In this document: in pieces, positions 46,355 through 55,943 of the stretch
Numbering within the stretch: position 1 is the first letter of the stretch
Layout: the number at the start of each line of letters is the position of its first letter
Source of the DNA: Bacteroidota bacterium
GTDB lineage: Bacteria; Bacteroidota; Bacteroidia; Flavobacteriales; Flavobacteriaceae
Length of the DNA: 64,000 bases
Direction: 5' to 3'
Assembly (NCBI GenBank): GCA_023386585.1
Contig: JAEWJM010000011.1
Span: 397 to 64,396 of the forward strand
Notes under the pieces: generated by a model
Database searches by the model: none
Told to the model about the DNA's origin: nothing
What the model saw: only the letters and a program-made list of their open reading frames with translations
Made by a program: the position numbers and the translations under genes

Positions 46355-47710
46355 ATGAAAATACAGCGATTTCTCCTTTGCTTATTGGCTGCCGCTGCGT
46401 TTACGCCCACGTCGGTTTCTGCGCAAGCCGAGCCTGAAGACATTGCTGCGGTGACCGATGAGTTCCAGGATTACTTCTATGAAAGCCTGAAACAAAAGGG
46501 AATCGAAAACTACGATAAAGCGATAACCGCACTAGAACAATGTCTTAGGCTTCAGCCTAACAATGCGGTTGTGCATTACGAATTGGGAAAGAATTACCTT
46601 CTTGAGAAGAATTACAAACAAGCCTACTCCGAATTTGAATCCGCGTCCAAAATCGATCCGACTAATCAATGGTATTGGGTCGGGATGTATGACGTGTGTT
46701 ATGAAACCCGCGATTATGCACAGGCAATTGTCATCGTCAACAAGCTGATCGAATTTAAAAAGGAATATAAGGAAGACCTGGCGTCGCTGTATATGAATAC
46801 GCAACAGTTCGACAAAGCGCTCGAGCTCATCAACGAACTGAACGATAATGTGGGCCGCACCGAATTGCGCGACAATTACAAGGCGCAGATCTTACAGGAT
46901 GCGCGGTATCAAACCGCCGAAAAAAATAATCTGCTGGATCAGATTAAAAAGAACCCGAAAGAAGAATCAAACTACATATCGCTCATCTACCTCTATTCCG
47001 AAAGTAATCAGGAAGAAAAAGCGATGGAAGTAGCAAAACAGCTCGAAAAGCAAATTCCAACTTCAGAATGGGCACAGGTCAGCCTCTTCAAATTCAACCT
47101 GAACAACAACGACGGCGAAAAGGCGGTGAACTCGATGAACATTGTACTTGCCAGCAAAAAAATTGACAGTAAGATAAAGCATCGGGTGCTGAATGAGTTC
47201 CTGATTTTCGCGAAAGACAAACCGCAGTACGACGCAGCGCTCGAAAAGGCAATTTCTTATTTTGACAACGACCGCGAGGTACGGGTTGCATTGGAAATCG
47301 GCAAATTTTACCACTCGAAAAATAATTGGGATCGGGCGATTCATTTTTATGAGCTTCATCTTAAAACATCGCCGGAAGACATCGAAGCGGTTTTATTGCT
47401 GCTGCAGGCCTATACTGAAAAAGGACAGTTCGAACCGGTTGCCAAAAAGGCCGACAGCATGATAGAGCTCTTTCCGATGCAGCCGCAGTTTTATTATTAT
47501 TCCGGACTTGCCTACAATCAATTGAAAAATTATAAGAAAGCTACTGAAATTTTGCAAAGCGGACTGGATTACGTCGTTGACGACATTCAGCTCGAGGCCA
47601 ATTTCAATATTCAGCTTGGCGAAGCGGCAAATGCAATGGGAGATCAGAAGAAAAAGGAGTCGTATTTTACAAAGGCGGAGCAGCTGATCCAAAAAATTAA
47701 AAAGCAATAA
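46355..47710 (+). CDS. TPR-repeat protein with signal peptide
   Basis: MKIQRFLLCLLAAAAFTPTSVSAQA followed by repeated TPR-like units. Confidence 0.75.
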   Translation: MKIQRFLLCLLAAAAFTPTSVSAQAEPEDIAAVTDEFQDYFYESLKQKGIENYDKAITALEQCLRLQPNNAVVHYELGKNYLLEKNYKQAYSEFESASKIDPTNQWYWVGMYDVCYETRDYAQAIVIVNKLIEFKKEYKEDLASLYMNTQQFDKALELINELNDNVGRTELRDNYKAQILQDARYQTAEKNNLLDQIKKNPKEESNYISLIYLYSESNQEEKAMEVAKQLEKQIPTSEWAQVSLFKFNLNNNDGEKAVNSMNIVLASKKIDSKIKHRVLNEFLIFAKDKPQYDAALEKAISYFDNDREVRVALEIGKFYHSKNNWDRAIHFYELHLKTSPEDIEAVLLLLQAYTEKGQFEPVAKKADSMIELFPMQPQFYYYSGLAYNQLKNYKKATEILQSGLDYVVDDIQLEANFNIQLGEAANAMGDQKKKESYFTKAEQLIQKIKKQ

Positions 47711-48477
47711 TGAAGAAATATATTGTGCTTGTGCTTTTTGCAATTGCGCTCGGCAGCTGTAAGTCGAAAGCGGTCGTTGCCGAAAAACGCGCTGCCGGAA
47801 CTTTGAGCGCAGATGAAATAATAACAAGCCATTATTTGACGGAACGCGATTTCTCGACGTTGTACATTAAAGCAGATGCGAGGTACAAAGATGATGACCA
47901 GACGCAAAACGTAACGGCAGACATTAAAATCAAAAAGGATGAAAAAATCCTGATCAGCGTAAGGTTTCTCGGCATTACTATGGCCAAAGCGCTGATTACT
48001 CCAAAATCGGTTCAGTACTATGAGAAGATCAACGGGAAGTACTTTGATGGTGATTATACGACGTTGAGTAAATGGCTTGGGACTGATCTCGACTTCTACA
48101 AAGTCCAAAACCTGCTCGTTGGCGAAGCGCTGGATGATTTAAAAAAGGGCAAATACATGGCTTCTATTGAAGACAAGTTGTATAAACTTGATGCTGTTGA
48201 AGTCGGAAACAACAAGTCCTTTTATTTTGAAGCAGGAAAATTTTTGCTTAAGAAGGAAGAGATCGAGCAGCCATCAACCGAAAGCCGTCTCACGGTAGAA
48301 TACACTGCCCATACCCAGCATCCGCAGGCGCTTTTGCCCGCCGAAATAATTATAAGAGCAGTCCGCCAGAAAGGTAGCGCGGACATCAACATCGATTACA
48401 ATTCCGTAACATTTAACGAGGAACTTTCTTTCCCATACAGCGTTCCCGATGGTTACGATAGAATTTTTATTGATTAG
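47710..48477 (+). CDS. DUF4292 lipoprotein (LolB-like candidate)
   Basis: Lipobox FAIALGSC. TAATG overlap with the TPR gene. The family is assigned from memory. Confidence 0.65.
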   Translation: MKKYIVLVLFAIALGSCKSKAVVAEKRAAGTLSADEIITSHYLTERDFSTLYIKADARYKDDDQTQNVTADIKIKKDEKILISVRFLGITMAKALITPKSVQYYEKINGKYFDGDYTTLSKWLGTDLDFYKVQNLLVGEALDDLKKGKYMASIEDKLYKLDAVEVGNNKSFYFEAGKFLLKKEEIEQPSTESRLTVEYTAHTQHPQALLPAEIIIRAVRQKGSADINIDYNSVTFNEELSFPYSVPDGYDRIFID

Positions 48478-48500
48478 ATTTGCAGCAAATTATTCCTGAT

Positions 48501-49763
48501 ATGCCAAAACTGTCGCTTACTGTGATCCTGCTCCTCATATCGGCTATGGCCTGGTGCCAGCCGAGCCAGCAGCAAAAGCTGGAAGCACGGAAAGAACAAA
48601 TCCAAAAGGAAATCCTCGAAAATCAAAGACTGCTTCAGTCGGTTAAAAGCAAAGAAAAATCAGCGACAACCGAATTGCTTCTCCAAAAAGAAAAGATCAA
48701 GCTTAAAGAGCAGCTCATAAATACCACTGAAAAGCAAACACGCGCACTCAGCAATGACATGTATGTCAATCAGGTCCAGATCAACAGGCTTAGAAAAGAT
48801 CTCGATGAACTTCGTGCCGATTATGCCGAAATGATCCTCAAATCCTACAAAGCCCGTTCGGAGCAAAGCCGCGCAATGTTCCTGCTTTCGTCTGAAAACT
48901 TTCTTCAGGCATACAAACGGGCGCAGTACATGAAACAGTATGCCAACTATCGCCGGATGCAAGGCGAGGAAATACGCGATAAAGCGAAACAGCTCTCGGT
49001 TTATAATGACAAACTAAACGTTCAGAAGACCGAAAAACAGAAGCTTTTAAACGAAAATCAGAAGGAGAAGCAGGAACTGGATAAAGTACGTCAAGAACAG
49101 GAAAAACTTATTGCCGAAATCCAGAAGGATAAAAAGCAGATTGCCGCCGACATCAAGAAAAAACAGCAGGAATCAAAGACAATCGATCGCCAGATCGAAA
49201 AACTTATTCGTGCGGCGATTGCTGCCGCGAACAAAAAGGCTGCTGTTGCTGCTGAAAAAGCTCGGCCAGGAAAGATTACTGCGGCCGCTAAAAAGGCCAC
49301 GGAAGAATCGACGAAGATTGTCCTGACACCGGAAGGCAAAGTTGTGGCCGATAATTTCCGCGCAAATAAAGGCAGGTTGCCTTGGCCAGTCGAACGCGGC
49401 GTGGTAACCCTTGGTTATGGTGACCAACCGCATCCGGTGCACAAATCACTGATCGTGCACAACAGCGGCGTTGAAATTACAACCGATTCAGGTGCGAATG
49501 CCCGCGCTGTGTTTGGAGGCGAAGTCGTGAGTATTATCGTTTTGTCGCCGGTCAACAAGGCAGTGATGATCCAACATGGTGACTACTTTACGGTTTATCA
49601 GAATTTGAGTAAGGTCTACGTAGCCAAAGGCGATAAAGTTTCGTTAAAGCAAAACATCGGTCAGGTGCGGACCAACGGCGACACTGGAAAGACCGTGATC
49701 AAGTTTACTATTTCCCAAAACACCACTTACACCAATCCGCAGGACTGGCTTTCCGGAATGTAA
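48501..49763 (+). CDS. EnvC-like murein hydrolase activator (coiled coil plus degenerate M23/LytM domain)
   Basis: Long K/E/Q coiled coil. The LytM domain has altered catalytic positions (HNSGVEI, YQNL instead of H-x-H). Confidence 0.8.
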   Translation: MPKLSLTVILLLISAMAWCQPSQQQKLEARKEQIQKEILENQRLLQSVKSKEKSATTELLLQKEKIKLKEQLINTTEKQTRALSNDMYVNQVQINRLRKDLDELRADYAEMILKSYKARSEQSRAMFLLSSENFLQAYKRAQYMKQYANYRRMQGEEIRDKAKQLSVYNDKLNVQKTEKQKLLNENQKEKQELDKVRQEQEKLIAEIQKDKKQIAADIKKKQQESKTIDRQIEKLIRAAIAAANKKAAVAAEKARPGKITAAAKKATEESTKIVLTPEGKVVADNFRANKGRLPWPVERGVVTLGYGDQPHPVHKSLIVHNSGVEITTDSGANARAVFGGEVVSIIVLSPVNKAVMIQHGDYFTVYQNLSKVYVAKGDKVSLKQNIGQVRTNGDTGKTVIKFTISQNTTYTNPQDWLSGM

Positions 49764-50273
49764 TCAGATAAAAAGCGCTTTGAGTTCGGTTGCCTCGGCA
49801 GGCTTCAGTTTGCCGGCAAGAACGAGGCTTAGCTGCTTTCTTCTCAGCGCTGCATCGAAACGAAGTTTTTCTTCTTCGGTTTCAGGAATAACAGGCGCCA
49901 CTTCCACCGGTCTGCCGGTTTCATCCACGGCAACGAAGGTATAAATCGCTTCATTGGCTTTTGTCCGGTTTCCCGATTCGCGGTCTTCGATCCAAACGTC
50001 AATATAGATTTCCATTGAACTTTTAAAACTTCGCGAGACTTTCGCCTCGATGGTGACGACACTTCCCAATGGAATCGATCGGTTAAAAGCGACGTGGTTT
50101 ACTGAGGCTGTAACTGTAATTCGCCGAGAATGGCGTCTTGCCGAAATGCTTGCGGCACGGTCCATTCGGGCTAATAGTTCGCCGCCAAAAAGGTTGTTCA
50201 ACGGGTTTGTTTCACTTGGAAGTACGAGGTCGGTTAGAATTGTCAGCGATTCAGAGGGATGTTTTGGAAGCAT
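49764..50273 (-). CDS. Acyl-CoA thioesterase (hotdog fold)
   Basis: LVLPSETNPLNNLFGGELLARMDRAA pattern. 169 aa. Confidence 0.85.
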   Translation of the reverse strand: MLPKHPSESLTILTDLVLPSETNPLNNLFGGELLARMDRAASISARRHSRRITVTASVNHVAFNRSIPLGSVVTIEAKVSRSFKSSMEIYIDVWIEDRESGNRTKANEAIYTFVAVDETGRPVEVAPVIPETEEEKLRFDAALRRKQLSLVLAGKLKPAEATELKALFI

Positions 50274-50286
50274 TTTCTGTTTTTTA

Positions 50287-50294
50287 CAAAGGTA
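50287..50294 (-). promoter_or_regulatory. -7 box TACCTTTG
   Basis: Exact minus-strand match 13 nt upstream of ATG 50273. Confidence 0.4.
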
Positions 50295-50302
50295 TCACAA
50301 TC

Positions 50303-50328
50303 AAAAAAAAATCCCGTCAATGCGGGAT
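50303..50328 (-). terminator. Rho-independent terminator after the HU/SPOR gene
   Basis: The minus strand reads ATCCCG-cattga-CGGGAT followed by a 9-nt T-run. Confidence 0.65.
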
Positions 50329-50331
50329 TAA

Positions 50332-51267
50332 TTAAAATTCTTTGATCAGCAGCCAGGCATCCGGATTATCATTTCTCTTTATCGCTGACATTGCCTTGTA
50401 TGCTTCGCGGTAAGACGGATAGCTTCCGTAAAGTACCGGATAAAGCCCATGACGGTTTTTTGGCAGCCTTCGCGCTTTAAAACCCTTGTCGCTGAGTGTG
50501 TGATAAATTCTGTCGGCATTCGATTCTTGTCGGAAGGCACCTGCAACAACGTGATACGGCATCGCTTCTTCCTTTACGGACAGCGTTACAGCGGGCATTG
50601 GCGTTTCGATGAAAAAGGTAGCTTCCTGAATTTTTTGCTGCACTGCTTTTTGAACCGATTTTTCAGTTACCAGAGTATTCTGATCGATTTGGCGCTCATA
50701 CAGTTTGTAGCCAATGCTTCCGGCGGCTGTCAAAGCCAGGGCAACAATTGCCGTGTATCGAAGGTATGGCCGCGATTTGCGTTTTTCCGGAGTGATCGCA
50801 ATTGGTGCTTTTTCTTCAATTGCTTCCGCTTCCTGTTTGTATGCTTCCCGTTTAATGCCGGGAGAAACAAATGAACTTAATCCGAAAGCTTCTTTAAGAT
50901 AATTGAATTGGTCGTATGGTGCAAAAACGATATTCTTCTCATGGTTTAGCGAGAGTTCGCCAATGTTCTTCAGGGTAAAGCGCTCGTTGATCTCCAATAT
51001 GTTTTTCCAGATGCCAACCTCGCTTCCGATTGCTTCGACAGCTTCGTCATATGTAGTCTTTTCGGCCTGGGCAATATGATTCGCAAGCAAGCCGTCGTTG
51101 TTTCGGACGTTTGCATTGAATGAAATCAATTTTTTCGGAGGATAGAAAGCATTTGAACTTTCATTAAGCTGTGCCGGCTGCATCTCAGCGAGGAAAGCGC
51201 CGAACCCCGGAACCGTAACACATTGGTAACGATACAGGAGCTGCGAAATGTACTGTTCGATCTTCAT
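50332..51267 (-). CDS. HU-like N-terminal domain, TM helix and C-terminal SPOR domain protein
   Basis: VPGFGAFLAE... HU-CCDC81-like N-terminus, a TM helix (YTAIVALALTAAGSIGY), and SPOR-like YHVVAGAFRQESNADRIY...YPVLYGSYPSYREA. Confidence 0.75.
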   Translation of the reverse strand: MKIEQYISQLLYRYQCVTVPGFGAFLAEMQPAQLNESSNAFYPPKKLISFNANVRNNDGLLANHIAQAEKTTYDEAVEAIGSEVGIWKNILEINERFTLKNIGELSLNHEKNIVFAPYDQFNYLKEAFGLSSFVSPGIKREAYKQEAEAIEEKAPIAITPEKRKSRPYLRYTAIVALALTAAGSIGYKLYERQIDQNTLVTEKSVQKAVQQKIQEATFFIETPMPAVTLSVKEEAMPYHVVAGAFRQESNADRIYHTLSDKGFKARRLPKNRHGLYPVLYGSYPSYREAYKAMSAIKRNDNPDAWLLIKEF

Positions 51268-51272
51268 AAAAG

Positions 51273-51280
51273 CAAAGTTA
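51273..51280 (-). promoter_or_regulatory. -7 box TAACTTTG (near-leaderless)
   Basis: Exact minus-strand match 5 nt upstream of ATG 51267. This excludes the track start at 51315. Confidence 0.4.
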
Positions 51281-51369
51281 TGCATTGATGCATGCGGGCA
51301 AAATTTTATCAACAATTTTTATTAACAATTCGGTCAAAAAGTTATATTTTTCAAACTCAAAATGTTACG

Positions 51370-52464
51370 ATGGCCGATCAGGACTTGTTTTATTTATTGG
51401 CGCTGCAGGAAGTCGACGGTATTGGCGACATCATCGCGAAAAAATTGGTTACGCATTTCGGTTCGGCCGAGGCGGTATTTAAGTCAAAGCGTGTTGACTC
51501 TGTCGAAGGTGTCGGAACCATCATTTCTTCGAAGTTTAATGACAAGTCGGTTTTTGCAAAGGCAGAGAAGGAGCTGGAATTTATCATGCGGAATTCAATC
51601 AATGCCTATTCCTTTTCCGATTCAAAATATCCGGAAAAGCTCAAGCATTGTGTCGACGGACCGCTGCTGCTTTTTTCCACGGGAAATATCAACTTGAACA
51701 AACAGAAGATCCTCAGCATTGTCGGAACGCGCCAGATAACACCTTTCGGAGCTGATTTCACCCGCGAGCTGATTGCCGATCTTGCGCCCTTGAACCCGGT
51801 TATTGTAAGCGGCTATGCCTATGGTGTCGATATTGTCGCGCATCTTTCGGCGATTGAAAATAACCTGCAGACGGTCGCCGTTGTCGCGCATGGATTAAAT
51901 CAGATTTATCCAAAAAACCATCACAAGTACGTTCCGAAAGTCGAATCAAATGGCGGTTTTTTCACGGAGTTTCGGAGCACTTCGGAACCGGAGAAGGAAA
52001 ACTTTGTCAAGCGCAATCGGATTGTCGCAGGAATGTCCGAAGCGACAATTGTAATCGAAAGCGCTGCAAAAGGCGGATCGCTAATTACCGCCAATATGGC
52101 CAACGGATATAATCGTGACGTCTTTGCCGTTCCGGGTCGAACAACGGATAAATTCAGCGAAGGCTGCAACAACCTCATAAAAACGCAGAAAGCGCACCTT
52201 CTGACCAGCGCTGCCGATTTGGTCTACATGCTCAATTGGGATCTTGAAACACCGTCGAAGCCTGTGCAGAAACAACTGTTTATCGATCTCGAACCGGAGG
52301 AACAAAAGGTATACGATTACCTCGCCTCTAAAGGCAAAGAGCTCCTCGACATTGTTGCACTTGACTGCGAAATGCCCGTTTTCAGGCTTTCCGGAATGCT
52401 TCTCAACATGGAGTTGAAAGGCGTCGTCAGGCCACTTCCGGGAAAGTTGTTCGAAGCGATTTAA
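51370..52464 (+). CDS. dprA: DNA-processing protein DprA
   Basis: GYAYGVDIVAH, GGSLITA, and a C-terminal winged-helix-like tail. Confidence 0.9.
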   Translation: MADQDLFYLLALQEVDGIGDIIAKKLVTHFGSAEAVFKSKRVDSVEGVGTIISSKFNDKSVFAKAEKELEFIMRNSINAYSFSDSKYPEKLKHCVDGPLLLFSTGNINLNKQKILSIVGTRQITPFGADFTRELIADLAPLNPVIVSGYAYGVDIVAHLSAIENNLQTVAVVAHGLNQIYPKNHHKYVPKVESNGGFFTEFRSTSEPEKENFVKRNRIVAGMSEATIVIESAAKGGSLITANMANGYNRDVFAVPGRTTDKFSEGCNNLIKTQKAHLLTSAADLVYMLNWDLETPSKPVQKQLFIDLEPEEQKVYDYLASKGKELLDIVALDCEMPVFRLSGMLLNMELKGVVRPLPGKLFEAI

Positions 52465-53438
52465 AGAAAACCAAGTTTTTTCCGCACCCGTTTTAAAACC
52501 GAATCCGCGATTACCCGCGCTTTTGCTGCACCTGCGGCCAAATGGTTGTCAATTTCAGCCGGATTCGCCATGAAGTACTGGTAGCGTTCACGTTGTTTTG
52601 CAAATTTCGTCATGATCAGATCCAACAGAATTTTTTTGGCATGTCCGTAGCCGAAGTCACCATTGGCGTTGGCGTAATTGACCTTCATTGCAGCAACTTC
52701 TTCATCGGTTGCCAGCAGTTTATAAATTCCGAAAATGCGGCAAGTATCCGGATTCTTAGGCGCTTCCAAAGGCGTACTATCGGTTTCAATTCCCATGATT
52801 TGCTTCTTCAACGTCTTGTCGTCTGCAAAAACATTAATTAAATTTCCACGGGATTTGCTCATTTTCTGCCCGTCCGTTCCGGGAACATACATTGTCTCTT
52901 CCTGAAGTCGGGCTTCCGGGATTACGAAAGTTTCGCCCATTTGGTGGTTGAACCTTGATGCCACATCACGCGTAATTTCGACGTGTTGCAGCTGGTCCTT
53001 GCCGACAGGGACGAAATTGGCATCGTAAAGCAGGATGTCGGCTGCCATCAGCATTGGATAACTGAAAAGCCCGGCGTTGACGTCGTCCAGGCGATCGGCT
53101 TTATCCTTGAAAGAATGCGCCAATGTCAGTCGCTGAAAAGGGAAAAAGCAACTCAAATACCATGTCAGTTCAGCCGTTTGAGGAACATCGGATTGACGGT
53201 AAAAAATAACTTTTTCGGTGTCGAGTCCACACGCCAACCACACCGCAGCGGTACTGTAGGTGTTTTTCATGAGCGTGTCGCCATCTTTGATCTGGGTCAC
53301 CGAATGGAGATCGGCAATAAAGAGAAAAGATTCATTCTCCGGCTGCTGGGAAAGTTCGATAGCGGGAAGAATGGCACCAAGCAAATTTCCAAGATGCGGC
53401 GTTCCGGTGCTTTGGATTCCGGTGAGTATTTTCGACAT
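52461..53438 (-). CDS. trpS: Tryptophan--tRNA ligase
   Basis: TGTPHLGN (HIGH-type motif) and KMSKS. Confidence 0.95.
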   Translation of the reverse strand: MSKILTGIQSTGTPHLGNLLGAILPAIELSQQPENESFLFIADLHSVTQIKDGDTLMKNTYSTAAVWLACGLDTEKVIFYRQSDVPQTAELTWYLSCFFPFQRLTLAHSFKDKADRLDDVNAGLFSYPMLMAADILLYDANFVPVGKDQLQHVEITRDVASRFNHQMGETFVIPEARLQEETMYVPGTDGQKMSKSRGNLINVFADDKTLKKQIMGIETDSTPLEAPKNPDTCRIFGIYKLLATDEEVAAMKVNYANANGDFGYGHAKKILLDLIMTKFAKQRERYQYFMANPAEIDNHLAAGAAKARVIADSVLKRVRKKLGFL

Positions 53439-53454
53439 AAAACGGGCTTTGATG

Positions 53455-53462
53455 CAAAGTTA
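53455..53462 (-). promoter_or_regulatory. -7 box TAACTTTG for trpS
   Basis: Exact minus-strand match 16 nt upstream of ATG 53438. Confidence 0.45.
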
Positions 53463-53493
53463 ACTCTTTTGGGAAAAATTAAACCCGATTCGT

Positions 53494-53501
53494 TACTTTT
53501 G
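53494..53501 (+). promoter_or_regulatory. -7 box TACTTTTG with a TTTG -33 at 53468-53471
   Basis: Exact match 5 nt before ATG 53507, with a 22-nt spacer to the upstream TTTG. Confidence 0.45.
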
Positions 53502-53506
53502 GACTC

Positions 53507-54277
53507 ATGCGAGTTTTAAAGATAATCTTCTGGGTGCTTTGGCGAATCTGGTTCTACGTGCTGATCACCGTTCCGATTCTCGTGATGTTTCCGTTTCTGC
53601 TGATTTCGACATTTAAGGAAAGTTGGTATCCGTATTTCTTTGTGATGGCGCGCATTTGGGCCAAATTCATTTTATTCGGCATGGGGTTTTATTATCGTGT
53701 CGAAGAAGAGGCACAGCCAAAACCCGGCGGAAGCTACATGTTCATTGCCAACCATACCTCGATGGCGGATATAATGCTGATGCTTGCTGTAATTCGCAAT
53801 CCGTTTGTTTTCGTAGGAAAAAAGGAACTGGTGAAAATTCCCATCTTCGGATTTTTCTATAAGCGTACCTGCATTTTGGTAGATCGGAGCAGTTCGAAAA
53901 GCCGGATGGAAGTGTTTAAGCGCGCGCAAAAGCGACTGGAGCAAGGATTGAGCATTTGCATCTTTCCCGAAGGCGGAGTTCCATCAGATGAAAATCTGTT
54001 GCTTGACCATTTTAAGGACGGCGCTTTCCGTTTAGCGATCGAGCATCAGATTCCGGTGGTTCCAATCTCATTGGCGGATAATAAAAAACGGCTCTCGTAT
54101 ACTTTTCTCAGCGGCAGTCCGGGAATCATGCGGGTAAAAATCCATTCTTTTGTCGACACTGCCGGAAAATCGGCCGAGTCAAAAAGCGACATACATGATA
54201 TCCGCAACAAATGCAGGCAAATCATCCACAGCCAACTCGTCAAATTCAAGTTCAATAAAAAAAGCGCTACCGAATAA
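53507..54277 (+). CDS. Lysophospholipid acyltransferase (PlsC family)
   Basis: NHTSMAD (HX4D), FPEGG, and an N-terminal TM helix. Confidence 0.85.
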   Translation: MRVLKIIFWVLWRIWFYVLITVPILVMFPFLLISTFKESWYPYFFVMARIWAKFILFGMGFYYRVEEEAQPKPGGSYMFIANHTSMADIMLMLAVIRNPFVFVGKKELVKIPIFGFFYKRTCILVDRSSSKSRMEVFKRAQKRLEQGLSICIFPEGGVPSDENLLLDHFKDGAFRLAIEHQIPVVPISLADNKKRLSYTFLSGSPGIMRVKIHSFVDTAGKSAESKSDIHDIRNKCRQIIHSQLVKFKFNKKSATE

Positions 54278-54325
54278 GCAACGCTTTTCCGCCATGCCTT
54301 TCGGAAATGGCAACTAACTTAACTT

Positions 54326-54356
54326 AAAAAAAATCCAGCGGGTAACCACTCCGCTA
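54326..54356 (-). terminator. Rho-independent terminator of the ECF sigma operon
   Basis: The minus strand reads AGCGG-agtggttac-CCGCT followed by an 8-nt T-run. It overlaps the stop codon. Confidence 0.55.
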
Positions 54357-55943
54357 AAATCGATAGCTCAACCCGGTATATAATCCAAAATAATAGGGCT
54401 TGAAATCTCCGGCATCGTTGCTGAAGGTATTGAGCTGATATTTGAACATCGGATCAAGGTTGAATTGCAGGGATTTCCAGATGTCGTACTCGACTCCGAA
54501 ACCTAGATTGGTGCTAAAATGCATTCTGTTGAGGTTGTTTGCCTCGCCAATATTCATAGTGACTCCATTTGAAATGAGCGAAACTTCATTTTGGTTCAGG
54601 AACATCGTACTGAACCCGCCAATAAGACGAACGCCAAATCTGCGGTCTATCAGGTTATAACTCAATTCAACAGGAACTTCTATATATCCCGTTTTTTGAG
54701 TTAGCGTGCCTTGAAATTTGTTGTCAGACCTTCCAAATGCCGCCGAAACCTGTGTTCGAGGAGCGTCGATTTCTACGAGCGAGCCCTGAAGGCTTGGCGT
54801 GACATTTTCAAGCTGCCGTGCGTTTGGAGTCTGGAAGAAAACAATGTCGTTCATGTCATATTCAAGCGAAACATTATGGATTCCGGTTCTTAATGCCAGT
54901 TTTTCGTTCATCGCGTATTGGATGCCAATACCATACGAAACGCTTGGTTTATACGTCTTATTCGTTCCGGAAAATCGGGAATCCAGCGGAGAACCGTCGG
55001 AAACAGAACTAAAATAAATAGGGGCAATGTTAGGGTTAACCTGCCACCTATTTAATTTAGATTCAGAGGTAGTAACTTCTTTTTTCTCCTTGTCAACTAG
55101 CAATTGTTCCAGCGGATTGGCGGTCGGCGAGCCTGATAACGAATCCTTTATGGTGATATTTTCGGCGACAACCGGTTCTGTCTGATTGTCGGAATTTTGA
55201 AGCTTTTCAGTTATGTTTTGGCGGTCAGTTTTTGCATTTTTTTGATCGGCGGTTGCGACAGATTTGTTTTTATCAGCCGATATAAAATCGCGATCGGTTT
55301 GTTGAGATGCCTTATCTGACTGCGGGTGTTGTGCCAGATTATTTTCGACGATTGCCCTGTGTTCGGACGAGATCTCTGTAAGTTCTTTTTGGTGATTTAA
55401 TTTATGCTTGCGGTTCGCCGAGATTGAGCTTGGGCGATCTTGTTCACCGGAAGCAATTGCTCCTCCGCGGTTGCTTACGCCTTTACGCAGTTGAAGATTT
55501 TTATTTGACGACCCGGTCGTTTTCTGATTGGGCGCCGACTCAGCAACACTTTGCTGCATACCCGATGAAAGGGTTTTTGGCGCAGATGGAGTGATTTCCT
55601 TTTGTTTTGGAGACGAAACCGGCGCGATGGAAGAGCCATTATCTTCTGAAGCGACATTCTCTGCATCTCCATTATTGTTCTCAAAGGAATCAGGCGGAGT
55701 CGTTACGACAACTTCATTTGGCGTTTCACGATCCGGTTTTCCGCTAAGAAAATTAAAAAGCAATATCCCCAAAATTAGCCCGGCTGCGACACCTGAAAGA
55801 CTTAGCCATAAAGGAACGACCCTTCTTTTTTTCTTTTTCCGAAGTTCGGCTTCAATATTTTGCCATGCACCGGATGGGGGCGCTGATTCAAAATCTTTGA
55901 AACGCTCCTGAAACAGTCTGTCTATTTTCTTTTTTTCACTCAT
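54354..55943 (-). CDS. Putative anti-sigma-like trans-envelope protein: short cytoplasmic N-terminus, TM helix, about 270 aa disordered linker and a C-terminal outer-membrane beta-barrel domain
   Basis: KKKKRR followed by VVPLWLSLSGVAAGLILGILLFNFL. A polar low-complexity linker rich in S, N, Q and K. The C-terminal roughly 220 aa has an alternating beta pattern ending in GLSYRF (terminal Phe). ATGA overlap with the sigma gene. Confidence 0.65.
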   Translation of the reverse strand: MSEKKKIDRLFQERFKDFESAPPSGAWQNIEAELRKKKKRRVVPLWLSLSGVAAGLILGILLFNFLSGKPDRETPNEVVVTTPPDSFENNNGDAENVASEDNGSSIAPVSSPKQKEITPSAPKTLSSGMQQSVAESAPNQKTTGSSNKNLQLRKGVSNRGGAIASGEQDRPSSISANRKHKLNHQKELTEISSEHRAIVENNLAQHPQSDKASQQTDRDFISADKNKSVATADQKNAKTDRQNITEKLQNSDNQTEPVVAENITIKDSLSGSPTANPLEQLLVDKEKKEVTTSESKLNRWQVNPNIAPIYFSSVSDGSPLDSRFSGTNKTYKPSVSYGIGIQYAMNEKLALRTGIHNVSLEYDMNDIVFFQTPNARQLENVTPSLQGSLVEIDAPRTQVSAAFGRSDNKFQGTLTQKTGYIEVPVELSYNLIDRRFGVRLIGGFSTMFLNQNEVSLISNGVTMNIGEANNLNRMHFSTNLGFGVEYDIWKSLQFNLDPMFKYQLNTFSNDAGDFKPYYFGLYTGLSYRF

